Translations under genes and position numbers: made by a program
Assembly: GCA_963829055.1 (NCBI GenBank)
Contig: CAWHHI010000006.1
Coordinates: 352,001-416,000, forward strand
DNA from: an uncultured Gemmatimonadaceae bacterium
Lineage (GTDB): Bacteria > Gemmatimonadota > Gemmatimonadetes > Gemmatimonadales > Gemmatimonadaceae
Length of the DNA stretch: 64,000 nt
Direction: 5' to 3'
Notes under the pieces: generated by a model
What the model saw: the letters and a program-made list of their open reading frames with translations, nothing else
Databases searched by the model: none
Told to the model about the DNA's origin: nothing
Shown here: positions 1-11,526 of the stretch, in pieces
How positions within the stretch are numbered: the stretch's first letter is position 1
Layout: each line of letters starts with the position of its first letter

Positions 1-1218
1 CGGCACGAACCCGGCGAGCAATCCGACGACGAACGCGAGCGCGAGGACCAGCAGGACCGTTTGCCAGTCGAGGCCGATCTCATCGCCACGCGGCAGCAGC
101 TCGAGGTGCAACGCAGTCAGCGACCGCAGCATCCACCATCCGGCCATCGTGCCCAGCAGTCCGCCGGTGAGCGTGAGCAGCGTCGTCTCGGTGAGCAGTT
201 GGCGCGCCAGCCGTGGGAGCTCCGCGCCTAACGCATGACGCGTCGCCAGCTCGCGTGCCCGACCCGCGGACCGAACCAGCGTGAGATTTGCGAGGTTCAC
301 GCCACCGACGAGCAGCACGAGCATGACGCCGCCCCACAGCAGGTACAGCGTCGGGCGCACGTCGCGAATGACGGCGTCCTGCAGGCGGACGACCGTCGTG
401 TGGAACCCCGCATCGCGAAGCAGCTTGGCCATCGCCGGCAGCCGTTGATCCGTGCGCGCGTTGAGATCGTTGATCTGCCGCTGCGCCTGCTCGATCGTCG
501 CGCCGGGCTTGAGACGCGCGATCATCGACCAGTTGTTATTGTGTCGGTTCGCGTCGAGCGATGCGTCGGGCGTGAACGCGAGCGGGAGCCAGAGGTCGGT
601 GTCGTTCCAGAGGTAGCGGAAGTCGGGTTGCATAACGCCGACGACGCGGTACGGCTTGCCGTTCACGCGAATGTCGCGACCGACTACGGACCGGTCACCC
701 CCGTACTCCCGCTGCCAGAACCCGTACGACAGCACGACCTTCGCATCCTGATCCGGCTTCTCATCCTCCGAGAGGAAGAGCCGTCCCACGTCGGCACGTG
801 CGCCGAGGAGCCGGAAGAAGGAAGGCGTCACGCTGAGCGCCGCGACACGTTGCGCGCCGTCGTTCGAGCCGAGTGTCGGATTGCGGCGGACGTAAAGCGC
901 CTGCTCCGAGAAGACGGTCGTCTCGCGCAGCCGGTCGACGTAGTCGGGAACCGAGGTCGCGGTCTCGCCCGGCCCGGCCTTCGTGAAGCCGGCCTTCGGA
1001 TACAGGTTCGCGAACAGGACTATGCGATCCGGGTTCTCGAACGGCAGCGGCTTGAGCACGACTGACCGCACGATGCTGAAGATCGCGGTGTTCGCCCCCA
1101 GGCACACAATGAGCGTGAGCAGGGCGGTGGCCGTGAACGTGCGATCGCGCGAGAGACTGCGAATCGCGACGCGCGCGTCTCGCGCGACGTCGGCAAGCTT
1201 GCTCGTAGCCGAGCCCAT
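1..1218 (-). CDS. ADOP/MacB-like duplicated ABC permease, 3' end runs off the window
   Basis: Manual translation gives MGSATSKLADVARDARVAIRSLSRDRTFTATALLTLIVCLGANTAIFSIVRSVVLKPLPFENPDRIV...ALGAELPRLARQLLTE. GGGAG lies before the ATG at 1218. Confidence 0.85.
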   Translation of the reverse strand, partial: MGSATSKLADVARDARVAIRSLSRDRTFTATALLTLIVCLGANTAIFSIVRSVVLKPLPFENPDRIVLFANLYPKAGFTKAGPGETATSVPDYVDRLRETTVFSEQALYVRRNPTLGSNDGAQRVAALSVTPSFFRLLGARADVGRLFLSEDEKPDQDAKVVLSYGFWQREYGGDRSVVGRDIRVNGKPYRVVGVMQPDFRYLWNDTDLWLPLAFTPDASLDANRHNNNWSMIARLKPGATIEQAQRQINDLNARTDQRLPAMAKLLRDAGFHTTVVRLQDAVIRDVRPTLYLLWGGVMLVLLVGGVNLANLTLVRSAGRARELATRHALGAELPRLARQLLTETTLLTLTGGLLGTMAGWWMLRSLTALHLELLPRGDEIGLDWQTVLLVLALAFVVGLLAGFVP

Positions 1219-1720
1219 TGGATCTCCCGTCATACGCCCAATGTCACACGCCCGAAAGGGCCGTGCCGGACGGTGCAGGTCAGTCACCGCCCGGTCAAGT
1301 CGATACGTCCCGACTACGGCGCCGGTTTCCGCCTCCGGTTACCTCGAGCATGTCGTCCCCATGCTGGCACGTACGAACAGTAGTGCGAGCGCGACGCCGT
1401 CGCATCACCCGAGACGAGCTCGGCGATCGCCGATCGCACCGTCAGTCGAGGCTCTCGTGTCATGGCCAGTCACTCAGCGCTCAGCCGTCAGCAAGAGGTC
1501 GTGGTTTCAGGTATCAGGGTGACGTCGCCCTTCGAGACACGCCTGACGCCTGAAACCTCATCCGTAAGAGGTAGGCGGTGACCGCACTTCCTGACACCTG
1601 GCCAGTAGCTGAGCCACGGCCGCCGTGCGGCATGACCCATCGCCCACATTCACCCGTCTACCCAACACTGGTCGCGCTACCGCCATCCTTAATACAGGAG
1701 TGGTGGCGGTGTGCATTGAC

Positions 1721-1756
1721 GACCAGCTACCAGCACGAGCGACCAGCCACCAGCTC
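1721..1756 (+). repeat. CCAGCnA heptamer-based repeat (related copies at ~16531, ~29178 reverse, ~62352)
   Basis: GACCAGCTACCAGCACGAGCGACCAGCCACCAGCTC is nearly identical to the reverse complement of 29178-29215. Confidence 0.7.
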
Positions 1757-1795
1757 AGTCCTCAACTCAAACGGTTAAATCACTTGCCAGCCCCC

Positions 1796-2542
1796 ATGCG
1801 AACAGCCAATCCCGCGCTCAAGGAAGGCACGTTCACCGGTATTCGTGCGGCAGCCGGCGAGGCCGCCATGACATTGCAGGGCACGGCGACCAAGTCGATG
1901 CTGCTGCTCCTCCTGACCGTGTTCGCGGCGAGCTTCACGTGGCGCGCGGTCGCGTCAGGCAACGTGACGATCCTCATGCCGGCCGCGCTCATCGGCGGGC
2001 TCGGCGGATTCATCGTCGCGATGATCACGATCTTCAAGCCGAACGTCTCGCCCTACACGGCGCCGATTTACGCGGTGCTCGAGGGGCTGCTTCTCGGCGC
2101 GATCTCGTCGCTCTACAACGCGCGATGGGCGGGTCTGCCGTTGCAGGCCGTTGGACTCACGTTCGGCGTCTTCATGGCCATGCTGATCGTGTACCGCCTC
2201 GGCCTCGTTCGCGCGACGGAGAAGTTCCGACTCGGCGTCGTCGCGGCGACGGGCGGCATCGCGATCATGTACCTCCTGAGCTTCGTCCTCGGATTCTTCG
2301 GCGTGCAGATGAACTTCCTGCGCGACTCGAGCCCGCTGTCGATCGGCATCAGCGTCGTCATCGTCGTCGTCGCGGCGCTCAACCTCGTGCTCGACTTCGA
2401 TTTCATCGAGCGTGGCGTTTCCTATCGCGCACCGAAATACATGGAGTGGTACGGCGCGTTCGGTCTGCTCGTGACGCTCGTGTGGCTCTATCTCGAGATC
2501 CTGCGCCTGCTCTCGAAGCTGCAGGGCCGCGGTCGTAGCTGA
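1796..2542 (+). CDS. Bax inhibitor-1/YccA family membrane protein
   Basis: MRTANPAL start, about 7 TM segments, LVLDFDFIE...APKYMEWYGAFGLLVTLVWLYLEILRLL motif. Confidence 0.9.
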   Translation: MRTANPALKEGTFTGIRAAAGEAAMTLQGTATKSMLLLLLTVFAASFTWRAVASGNVTILMPAALIGGLGGFIVAMITIFKPNVSPYTAPIYAVLEGLLLGAISSLYNARWAGLPLQAVGLTFGVFMAMLIVYRLGLVRATEKFRLGVVAATGGIAIMYLLSFVLGFFGVQMNFLRDSSPLSIGISVVIVVVAALNLVLDFDFIERGVSYRAPKYMEWYGAFGLLVTLVWLYLEILRLLSKLQGRGRS

Positions 2543-2558
2543 GGACTGCTTCGGCACG

Positions 2559-2610
2559 GTCATCCCGAGCGCCAGCTCCGTGTCATCCCGAGCGCCAGCG
2601 AGGGATCTTC
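2559..2610. repeat. REP-like repeat (GTCATCCCGAGCG family), partial tandem
   Basis: Two GTCATCCCGAGCG units followed by CGAGGGATC. Confidence 0.8.
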
Positions 2611-2662
2611 TGTAAGGCTCCCGTAGCCGGTCAGAGGCGAGTCAGAGAGTCGATCGCGCAAT

Positions 2663-2920
2663 TCCAACAGCGACGCAGAATTCGCAGACGCGCTACGCGC
2701 GCAACGCAGAAGGACGCAGAAACGGCCGCTCGGGACAGGCGCGCTGCGCCAAGCTTTTGAAAGGGGGACGACCTCGGCACGCATTGGCTGCCAGAGGTCG
2801 TCCCCCTTTCTTCACGGCCCAGCGAGAGGGAGCCTGGCCCCACAGTGTGTTGCGGTTTTCTGCGTCCTTCTGCGTTGCGGCCGCGAAGCGGCCGCCTGCG
2901 AATTCTGCGTCGCTGTTGGA
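2663..2920. repeat. ~260-bp multi-stem palindromic element, copy 1
   Basis: Perfect 25-bp terminal inverted repeat, a 22-bp inner stem and a central hairpin. Homologous to the reverse complement of 14689-14952. Confidence 0.85.
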
Positions 2921-2966
2921 TCTAGAGACCCAACCGTATTCGCGCGAACGACATGCACGAGGCAGT

Positions 2967-4621
2967 CTACATTCGCGGGAAGCTGTCGATCGGCGAAGGG
3001 CGCACCCATGGCCGGCAGCCGGGCCGCGGATTGGTCGGCATTGGCTGGACTGGGAACGCATCAGCGCTCGCGGACTCGAGGCGAACCGGATCGCTGAGAT
3101 CGAAGAGGTCCAGCGTCACGCCTCCAGCGATGGATGGTAAGGACAACGAGTCGCGCTTCACCCCGATGGTCGACAGGTATCCCCGCAGCGCCAGGCGCGC
3201 GGTTCGGAACGCGGGAGTGGCGGAGGTCAGGACCCAGAGCCGAGCTGTGCCTCGATAGCGGTCCACGTCACGGACGAACGCGCGCGTGTCGTTCCGGTCG
3301 CACGCCGCCGTGGTCCAGTCACTCGGCTGCAGCCCGTAACGCGGTCCGTAGAACAACATGCCGATGCGCGAGAGGGGGAACACGTACACGACGTCACCCG
3401 GCCGGCGGTTCTTCTGCAGGTAGGCGAGGACGGCTCGATGATGCTCCAGCTCGTACGGGGGAAGGGGATCCACGATCGCGATGGCAGGAGCCACGAGCAG
3501 CGCCGCCATTGCCGCACCACCTAACGCTGGGTGAAGGCGCGACGACGCTACGGCGTACCAGCTCCGTGCCGGCCGCGATGGCGAGCAGCACGATCGGGAC
3601 CAGATACAGCATGAGGCGCCCGCGGAACGGATACTGGTGCGCGAGTGCCGCCGCGATCGCCGCCACCAGTGGCCCGAAAAGCAGCAGGGCGACATCACGA
3701 CGCGACCGCCACACGGCCACGAAACCGATCACCATTGCGACGGTGAACACGACCGGCCAACCGGTAGTGCAGCAGAGTCAGGTCGGTGAACAGAGAGAGG
3801 GTCTGGTTCCAGAACCACCGCACCGTCGAGAGTCCAAGCGGGAACGGCACGAAGCCTCCCCGCCAGAAATCATCCATGAACTCGCGTGTCGTGGGCGTCA
3901 TGCTGCGAAGCCCCGCAATGATCGCGACTGCCGATGCCGCAGCCCAGAGCGGGATCGTGATGAGGAGTGCTCGGCCCGTTGGCCGATCGCGTGACAGCAG
4001 CCACTGCAGGGCGAGCGCGACGCCGATGCCGCCCATGACGAGCACGGAGGCCTGCGAGAACCAGATGATCACGAACCCGATGGCGCCGATGAGCACGAGC
4101 CGACGAGTGGAGACGTTAGGCCGACGCAGGTCGAGCGCGAGGACCAGGAGCAGAACAGTCGCGGTCACGTCCACCGAGTACTGCTTCACCTCCGCGCCGT
4201 ACTTGATGAACGGTACTCCGATCGCGAACAGCGCCAGTGCGAAAGGCGCCGCCAGGCCGTCGAGCGTTCGCTCGGCGAGTCGTCGGAAGAGGAACACGCC
4301 GGCGACGCCGCAGAGGAAGGGGAACAGTCGCAGCGCGAGCTCGTTGCCGCCCAGCACGTCGACCGCCGCTTTCTCGATGAGCAGGAATCCGCGCGGCGCG
4401 ACCTGGTCGAGCTTGAGCGGCTGCGTCACCAGCTCCGTACTCGTTAGGCCGAGTATGTTGCGGGAGAGCAGGATCTCGTCGAGGGAGAGGGTGGGGTTGC
4501 CGGCCCACGCCCACACGCGTAACGCGACACCGAGAATCACCAGGGCCGTAGCGAACCGCGCGCTCCGTAGCGCGTCCTCGATACGGGGTTGGTCTCGCGA
4601 TGCGGCCGCCGATTCCGTCAT
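2967..4621 (-). CDS. Polytopic GT-C/PMT-like (GT39-like) membrane glycosyltransferase, about 2 apparent frameshifts
   Basis: SLDE, ELALRLFPFLCG and AEVKQYS motifs. Pieced together from ORFs 3695-4816, 3394-3750 and 2967-3698. ATGA overlap with the sulfatase stop. Confidence 0.7.
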
Positions 4622-6183
4622 TTGCCGCGCAGCATTGCGACCGTGCCGTCCACACCGTCGGGAAGCTGGTCGTTCGCGAGTTGGTCGTCGTCTCGGACGG
4701 CGCGTTTCAGTCGCATGAGCTCCGCCTTGAGGGTGGCCGTGAGCTGCTCCTGGCCAGGCTGCCCATAGATGTTGTTCATCTCGAGCGGATCGTTCACGAG
4801 GTCGTACAGCTCCCACTGATCCTTCTTCCAGAAGTAGATCAGCTTGTGCGTCTTCGTCCGGACGCCGTAGTGCGCGCGCGTGTTGTGATCGCCCGGGTCG
4901 TGGTAGTAGCGGTAGTACATGGACGTTCGCCAGTCCGTCGGCGTTCGGCCACGCAGGATTGGCAGCATGCTGCGTCCCTGCATCTCGTTAGGTACCGGTA
5001 GCCCGGCAGCCTCGAGAAACGTCGGCGCGAAATCAACGTTGAGTCCCATCGCAGCGCTGCGCGAGCCAGCCTTGATCGCCGCGGGCCAGCGGATGACGAA
5101 CGGCATACGCAGCGACTCCTCGTACATGAAGCGCTTGTCGAACAGCCCATGGTCGCCGAGAAAAAAGCCCTGGTCGCTGGTGTAGATGACGATGGTGTTC
5201 CGGGCGAGACCGTTCCGGTCGAGATAGTCGAGCACGCGGCCGACGTTGTCGTCCACCGATTGTACCGTCGCGAGGTAGTCCTGCATGTATCGCTGGTACT
5301 TCCAGCGGGCGAGCGCTTCGCCCGTGAGCGTGACGGTCGTTCCGCCCCGCGTGGTCGTCACCGTATCGGGCTTCGTCATCAGCCATTTCGTGAGGCTATC
5401 GCCCGCCAGGCCAGTCGGCGGAACGAGCTTGAGATCGCGTCGCGTCATGTCTTTCGCGACGCGCTGCTCGTTTTCGTGCAGTGCGTCCGTTCGCGTCACG
5501 TACGAATCCCAGAGCGTCGACGGCTCCGGAATCCACCGGTCCACGAACGGCGCGCGATGCGCCTGGTCCGGTTCCCACGGCCAATGCGGCGCCTTGTTGT
5601 GCATCATCAGGAAGAACGGCTTGTTGCGCGGCCGCGCCTTCAGGAAGTCGAGCGCGAGGTCGGCGATGAGATCGGTGGCGTAGCGCCCCGTATACGTCGA
5701 CTCGCCTGTGGCTGTGTACATGATCGGATCCATGTACGCGCCCTGCCCGGGGAAGATCTCCCAGTGGTCGAAGCCGACCGGATCGCTGCCGAGGTGCCAC
5801 TTGCCGATCATGCCCGTGTAGTAGCCGCCCCGCTGCAGCAACTGCGCGACCGTCAGGCGCGAGCTGTCGAAGCGGTTGAACATCGTGACGCCATTCACGT
5901 GCGAGTACTGCCCCGTGAGGATCGTCGCGCGACTCGGCGTGCAGATGGAGTTCGTGGCGAACACGTTCTCCATGAGCATGCCTTCTCGCGCGATCCGATC
6001 GATGTTCGGCGTCCGGTTCACCCGTGACCCGTATGCGCTGATCGCGTGCGCAGCGTGGTCATCAGACATGATGAACACGATGTTCGGCCGCTCGGCCAGC
6101 TCGCGACTGTCGGTGCGGTGGTCGCTCGGCGCCGGCGCCGATCCCGTCGTCGAAAGGAGCAGGACTGCGATGAATGGGCGCAT
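4618..6183 (-). CDS. Secreted sulfatase (GlcNAc-6-sulfatase-like)
   Basis: Signal peptide, SDDH, CTPSR formylglycine motif, GKWH and YTSDQG. Confidence 0.92.
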   Translation of the reverse strand: MRPFIAVLLLSTTGSAPAPSDHRTDSRELAERPNIVFIMSDDHAAHAISAYGSRVNRTPNIDRIAREGMLMENVFATNSICTPSRATILTGQYSHVNGVTMFNRFDSSRLTVAQLLQRGGYYTGMIGKWHLGSDPVGFDHWEIFPGQGAYMDPIMYTATGESTYTGRYATDLIADLALDFLKARPRNKPFFLMMHNKAPHWPWEPDQAHRAPFVDRWIPEPSTLWDSYVTRTDALHENEQRVAKDMTRRDLKLVPPTGLAGDSLTKWLMTKPDTVTTTRGGTTVTLTGEALARWKYQRYMQDYLATVQSVDDNVGRVLDYLDRNGLARNTIVIYTSDQGFFLGDHGLFDKRFMYEESLRMPFVIRWPAAIKAGSRSAAMGLNVDFAPTFLEAAGLPVPNEMQGRSMLPILRGRTPTDWRTSMYYRYYHDPGDHNTRAHYGVRTKTHKLIYFWKKDQWELYDLVNDPLEMNNIYGQPGQEQLTATLKAELMRLKRAVRDDDQLANDQLPDGVDGTVAMLRGK

Positions 6184-6450
6184 AGCGGATTATGGCGCAT
6201 CGAGGCGCAACCGCCAGCCCGGCGTGTATCGGGCGGATGAAGACAAGACAGGGGATTGGCGGGATCGGGCAGGAATCGTGGCCCGACGCGCCTAACGACT
6301 GACAGCCCCGATCCGCGTGGTGAATGTGTGGGACCCCCATTGTGGCGGCCGCTTGACGCTCGTCGCCCGGTGGTGCATGGTAGCGCGCCGGCGGAGCCCT
6401 CACGGCTACCGCACACCCCAAACGCGCTCCTTCCAGTGGAGGTCGCGAGC

Positions 6451-7050
6451 ATGCCAGCGACGGCCAGACCGCGGGTCAGTCTCACTGTAAACGGTGTCAC
6501 GCAGCAGCACGAGATCGAGCCGCGGCTCCTCCTCGTGCACTACCTGCGCGACGTGCTCGGGCTCACAGGTACACACGTCGGCTGCGACACCAGCCAGTGC
6601 GGGGCGTGCACCGTCCATCTCGATGGGCACGCCGTGAAATCGTGCACCGTGCTCGCGGCGTCAGCCGACGGGAGCACCGTCACGACCATCGAAGGGCTCC
6701 GCCCACACGGACAGTTCCACCCATTGCAGGAGGCATTCTGGCAGGAGCACGGGCTGCAATGCGGCTTCTGCACGCCCGGAATGATCATGACGGGAGTGGA
6801 TCTGCTTCGCGACAATCCGACCGCATCGGCGGAGGAGATCCGCGAGGGGCTCACCGGCAACCTGTGCCGTTGCACCGGCTACCACAACATCGTGCGCGCC
6901 GTGCAAGCCGTGGTCTGGCAGATGGCTCACACGACGGAAATGCCCGCGACGGCGCCCGGCGACGTCATCCCGCCGGAGTCGCTCCCCGGCGGCATTCTCT
7001 CGTCACCCACCGGCGCCGAGATCAAGGTGCCTGGCAGCACCACACGCTGA
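6451..7050 (+). CDS. coxS: 2Fe-2S subunit, CO dehydrogenase/xanthine dehydrogenase family
   Basis: [18 protein letters not shown] and GNLCRCTGY motifs. Confidence 0.9.
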   Translation: MPATARPRVSLTVNGVTQQHEIEPRLLLVHYLRDVLGLTGTHVGCDTSQCGACTVHLDGHAVKSCTVLAASADGSTVTTIEGLRPHGQFHPLQEAFWQEHGLQCGFCTPGMIMTGVDLLRDNPTASAEEIREGLTGNLCRCTGYHNIVRAVQAVVWQMAHTTEMPATAPGDVIPPESLPGGILSSPTGAEIKVPGSTTR

Positions 7051-7062
7051 GGAGCCGCGACC

Positions 7063-9547
7063 ATGGCCACGACGACGACCCCCGCCTCCGGCGATCAACC
7101 CTCGGCCAGTGCCGGCGCAAATGGCGGTGCAGCAGACAGCATCGAACGGCCGTTCGGAGCCCGCATCCGCCGCAAGGAGGATCCGCGGTTCCTCACCGGG
7201 CGCGGCCAGTACACCGATGACGTGCGAATACCGGGGACGCTGCACGCGGCGTTCGTCCGGAGCCCGCACGCGCACGCGCGCATTCGCGCGATCGACCTGG
7301 ACGCCGCGCGAACGTACCCCGGCGTAGTAGCCGTCTACACCGGAAAGGACCTCGCCGAGGGCGGTGTGAACGGCATTCCCACGGGATGGCTCCTGCCGCA
7401 ACTCAAGCCGAGCAACCACCACGCGATTGCCGTCGAGAAGGTGCACTACACCGGCGAGGCGGTCGCCGTGATTGTCGCGGAGTCGCCGTACGCCGCCCGC
7501 GATGCCGCCGAGCTGGTAGTGGTGGACTACGAGCCGCTTCCGGCGGTGGCCGACGCCGAACAGGCGCTGGCAGCGGACGCATCGATCGTGCGCAGTGATG
7601 GAACCGACAACGTCTGCTTTCGCTGGCAGATCGGGGACGCGGCCGCGACCGACGCGGCGTTCTCGCAGGCGTCGACCGTCGTTAGGCAGCGGCTGGTGAA
7701 CCAGCGGCTCATCCCGGTCGCCATCGAGCCCCGCGCTTCGCTCGCCACGTACACGCGGGCGACCGACGAGCTGACGCTGTGGGTGACATCGCAGAACCCG
7801 CACGTCCACCGCCTGATCATGGGCGCGTTCGTGCTCGGACTTCCCGAGCACAAGTTCCGCGTCATCTCGCCGGACGTCGGCGGCGGCTTCGGGTCGAAGA
7901 TCTTCATCTACGCCGAGGAAGTCGCGGTCGCCTGGATCGCGCGAACGCTCGAGCGCCCCGTGAGGTGGACGGCCGAGCGACGCGAGAGCTTCATGACCGA
8001 CTCGCACGGCCGCGACCACATCACCGACGCGGAGATGGCGTTCGACGCGAACGGCCGCATCGTCGGCCTGCGCGTGCGTACGATCGCGAACCTCGGTGCC
8101 CACCTCACGCTCTTCGCCCCGGCGATCCCCACGTACCTGTACGGCACGCTCCTCTCCGGCCAGTACCGCATTCCGGCGATCCACGCCGAGGTGACCGGCG
8201 TGTTCACGCACACCACACCGGTGGATGCCTACCGCGGTGCCGGCCGCCCGGAGGCATGCTACCTCCTGGAGCGCATGGTGGACCTGGGCGCCCGACAGCT
8301 CGGCGTTGACCCGGCCGAGCTTCGCCGCCGGAACTTCATCCCGGCCCGACCAGTTCCCCTACCTGACGCCAGTCGCGCTCCAGTACGACAGCGGCAACTA
8401 CGAGCCGGCGCTCGACCGCGCGCTGGCGATGGCGGACTACACGAACTTTCGCGTGGAGCAGCAGCGGCTGCGCCAGCAGGGACGTTTCGTCGGCGTCGGA
8501 CTCTCGAGCTACATCGAGGCCTGCGGCCTCGCGCCGTCGCAGGTGGTCGGCCAGCTCGGCGCGCAGGCGGGACTCTACGAGAGTGCCAGCGTGCGTGTCT
8601 ACCCGACGGGGAAAGTCAGCGTCTACACCGGTTCGCAGCAGCAGGGGCAGGGGCACGAGACCACGTTCGCGCAGATCGTCGCCGATCGCCTTGGCATCTC
8701 CACCGACGACGTCGACGTCGTACATGGTGACACCGGACGCGTGCAGTTTGGGATGGGCACCTACGGCAGCCGCAGCGCGTCGGTAGGCGGGTCCGCGATC
8801 GTCGTGAGCCTCGACAAGATCGTGGAGAAGAGCAAGCGCATCGCGGCACACATGCTCGAGGCGGCGCCCGAAGACATCGAGCTCACGGCGGGCCGCTTCC
8901 ACGTCCGTGGCTTTCCGGACCGGTCGAAGGGACTGGCCGACATCAGCCTGGCTGCCTATCTCGCTCACAGCATGCCCGCGGGAATGGAGCCGGGTCTCGA
9001 GGCGATGAGCTTCTTCGACCCGCCGAACTTCACGTACCCATTCGGGACGCACATCGCGATGGTGGAGGTGGATGCCGACACCGGGCACGTCACGCTGCTG
9101 CGCTACATCGCGGTGGACGACGTCGGCAACGTCATCAATCCGATGATCGTGGACGGCCAACTGCACGGCGGGATCGCACAGGGCGTCGCGCAGGCGCTCT
9201 GGGAAAGCGCCGAGTACGATGACAGCGCGCAGTTGCTCACTGGCTCGCTCATGAACTACGGCCTCCCGAAAGCGAATCAGTTGCCGTTCTTCGAGCTCGA
9301 TCGCACGGTCACGCCGTCACCCGTGAACCCGCTTGGCGTCAAGGGCGTGGGTGAGGCGGGCGCGATTGCGTCACCACCAGCCGTTGTGAACGCGGTGATG
9401 GACGCGCTGAGCCCGTTCGGCATCGCGCACCTCGACATGCCGCTGACGGCGCCGAAGGTGTGGCAGGCCATGCAGGCGGCGCGCGCGAATGGAAGCGCGA
9501 GTGGAAATGCAGGCGGCGGTACCACGACGGCGACTACGGGGAGGTGA
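7063..9547 (+). CDS. coxL: Molybdopterin-binding large subunit, form II CoxL-like (frameshift near 8345)
   Basis: DVGGGFGSK, AYRGAGRPEA and GVKGVGE motifs. ORFs 7063-8730 and 8225-9547 join at NFIP/DQFPY. Confidence 0.88.
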
Positions 9548-9554
9548 GCTCAGC

Positions 9555-10427
9555 ATGTATCCGGCACCCTTCGAGTATCATCGCGCGACCAGTGTGGACG
9601 ACGCGCTCGCGCTCCTCGCGGCGTATGGGGATGACGGCAAGCTGATCGCCGGGGGGCACAGCCTGCTCCCGGTGATGAAGCTGCGCTTCTCCCAGCCCGC
9701 GCACCTCATCGACATCCGTCGTGTACCCGAGCTCGCGGGGATTCGGGAGCAGGACGGCACGCTCCGCATTGGCGCGACGACGACGCACGCCGCCGTCGCC
9801 GCATCAGACGTGATCCGGCGCCGAGTGCCAGTGCTCGCGGAGGCGGCGTCGCGCATCGGGGACACACAGGTCCGGAACATGGGCACGATCGGCGGGAGCC
9901 TCGCTCATGCCGACCCCGCCGCTGACCTGCCGGCCGTGACGCTCGCGTTAGGCGCGGAGCTGCACACCGTCGGGCGCAATGGCCCGCGCGCGATTCCGAT
10001 CGACGACTTCTTCACCGGCATGTTCTCATCCGCGCTCGCGCCGGATGAGGTGCTCGTCGACGTGCGCGTCCCGTTCCCGGTGGCAGACACCGGTGGCGCG
10101 TACGAGAAGTATCCGGACCCGGCCTCAGGATACGCGCTCGTCGGCGTGGCGGCTGTGGTGACGCTCGGCGCCGGTGGCGTCGTACAGCGCGCGCGCGTGG
10201 CCATGACCGGATTCGCATCGTCCGCGGTCCGGCTCACCGGAGTGGAGGCGACGCTGACGGGAAAGGCAGCATCGCCCGACCAGATCGAGGGCGCGGCGCG
10301 GCGAGCCGTCGAGGGGCTGGAACTGCGCGATGCGACCGGAGGCGGCGCGGCATTCAAGGCCAACCTCGCGGCTGTCTACACGCGGCGCGCGCTGACCCGC
10401 GCCGTCGCCCGCGCGCGCCGCCCGTGA
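9555..10427 (+). CDS. coxM: FAD-binding medium subunit
   Basis: MYPAPFEY start, AGGHSLLP and QVRNMGTIGGSLAHADPAAD motifs. Confidence 0.9.
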   Translation: MYPAPFEYHRATSVDDALALLAAYGDDGKLIAGGHSLLPVMKLRFSQPAHLIDIRRVPELAGIREQDGTLRIGATTTHAAVAASDVIRRRVPVLAEAASRIGDTQVRNMGTIGGSLAHADPAADLPAVTLALGAELHTVGRNGPRAIPIDDFFTGMFSSALAPDEVLVDVRVPFPVADTGGAYEKYPDPASGYALVGVAAVVTLGAGGVVQRARVAMTGFASSAVRLTGVEATLTGKAASPDQIEGAARRAVEGLELRDATGGGAAFKANLAAVYTRRALTRAVARARRP

Positions 10428-10598
10428 CACGCACCTGATACGCGCCTAACGCTGGCTGCTCGGCCGCCGAACTACGGAACGCAGAAGGCTCAGAGTTCGG
10501 TTGACGTGCTTGACGAAGCACCCAGACGCATCAGCGCTGGTGGGCAGCAGCGTCGCCACCTCACCAGCGTGATCGGTCCCGAGGGACCGCGGAACGAT

Positions 10599-10626
10599 CG
10601 CGGCGTCCGGCCGGCCGGACGCCGCG
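10599..10626. terminator. GC-rich hairpin between convergent coxM and fasciclin genes
   Basis: CGCGGCGTCCGGCCGGCCGGACGCCGCG is palindromic. Confidence 0.45.
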
Positions 10627-10638
10627 AAGGAGCGTGAC

Positions 10639-11178
10639 TTAGCGACCAGCCGGGGCCGGAGCGGCCTGCGGGAGGATCACCGCGTCGATGATGTGAATGA
10701 CGCCGTTGGACGCCTGCACATCGGCCGTGACGACGTTGATGCCGTTCACGTACACCTTGCCGCCGCGAACGACGATGTCGAGCGGAAGGCCGTTCACGGT
10801 GTTGGGCGTCGCGCCGTTCGTCTTCACGATGTCGGCGGCCATGACCTTCCCGCTCACGACGTGGTACGTCAGGATCGACGTGAGCTTCTCCTTGTCGGCG
10901 AGCAGCGCTTCGACCGTCCCGGCCGGAAGCTTCGCGAACGCGGCGTCAGTCGGGGCGAAGACCGTGAACGGGCCCGGGCCCGAAAGCGTCTCGACGAGAC
11001 CAGCCGCCTTCACCGCGGCGACGAGCGTGTTGAAGCTGCCTGCTTCGACGGCGACCTGCACGATGTTCTTCATTGGCTTCTTGTCCTTGGTGGAGGCGTT
11101 CTGCGCCGACGCGAGTGCCGGCACGGTGAAGACGGTGGCCAGGGCGGCGACCATCCAGATCCTGGTGTTGCGCTGCAT
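10639..11178 (-). CDS. Secreted fasciclin (FAS1) domain protein
   Basis: Signal peptide, [16 protein letters not shown] and [11 protein letters not shown] motifs. Confidence 0.95.
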   Translation of the reverse strand: MQRNTRIWMVAALATVFTVPALASAQNASTKDKKPMKNIVQVAVEAGSFNTLVAAVKAAGLVETLSGPGPFTVFAPTDAAFAKLPAGTVEALLADKEKLTSILTYHVVSGKVMAADIVKTNGATPNTVNGLPLDIVVRGGKVYVNGINVVTADVQASNGVIHIIDAVILPQAAPAPAGR

Positions 11179-11241
11179 TGCTGCTCCCTTGTTTCGAGTG
11201 TTTTGTTCGAAGTCCGCGTGATCTCCGGCGTGAGCCGCGAC

Positions 11242-11469
11242 CTACGCCCGCGCCGCTCGCGCCGGTGCCAGCCACCGTCGCTGAATGCCCTGCCACTGCA
11301 TGGCCTGATAGAGCGCAGACAGGCCGACGAGCACGTAGACCACGCGCCCCACCGACGACATCGGGCCGAACAGCGTGGCTACGACGTCGATACCGGCGGA
11401 GCCAACCAGGCCCCAGTTCAGCCCGCCGATGACCAGCAGGATGGCGGCGACTACATCGAGCTTCTTCAT
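11242..11469 (-). CDS. DUF378 small membrane protein
   Basis: MKKLDVVAAILLVIGGLNWGLVG...RVVYVLVGLSALY; GAGG SD upstream. Confidence 0.88.
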   Translation of the reverse strand: MKKLDVVAAILLVIGGLNWGLVGSAGIDVVATLFGPMSSVGRVVYVLVGLSALYQAMQWQGIQRRWLAPARAARA

Positions 11470-11526
11470 TGCTGCTACCTCGTCGTTTTTGGAGTACTGC
11501 GTCCTGCGGTCGTCAAAGCGATCATC

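Noticed and set aside
235..1065. Long antisense or alternate-frame ORFs (for example 235-1065, 7003-8211, 30068-31393, 34978-36177, 41503-42807)
   Set aside because: Shadow ORFs expected in high-GC DNA opposite well-supported genes, with no recognisable motifs.
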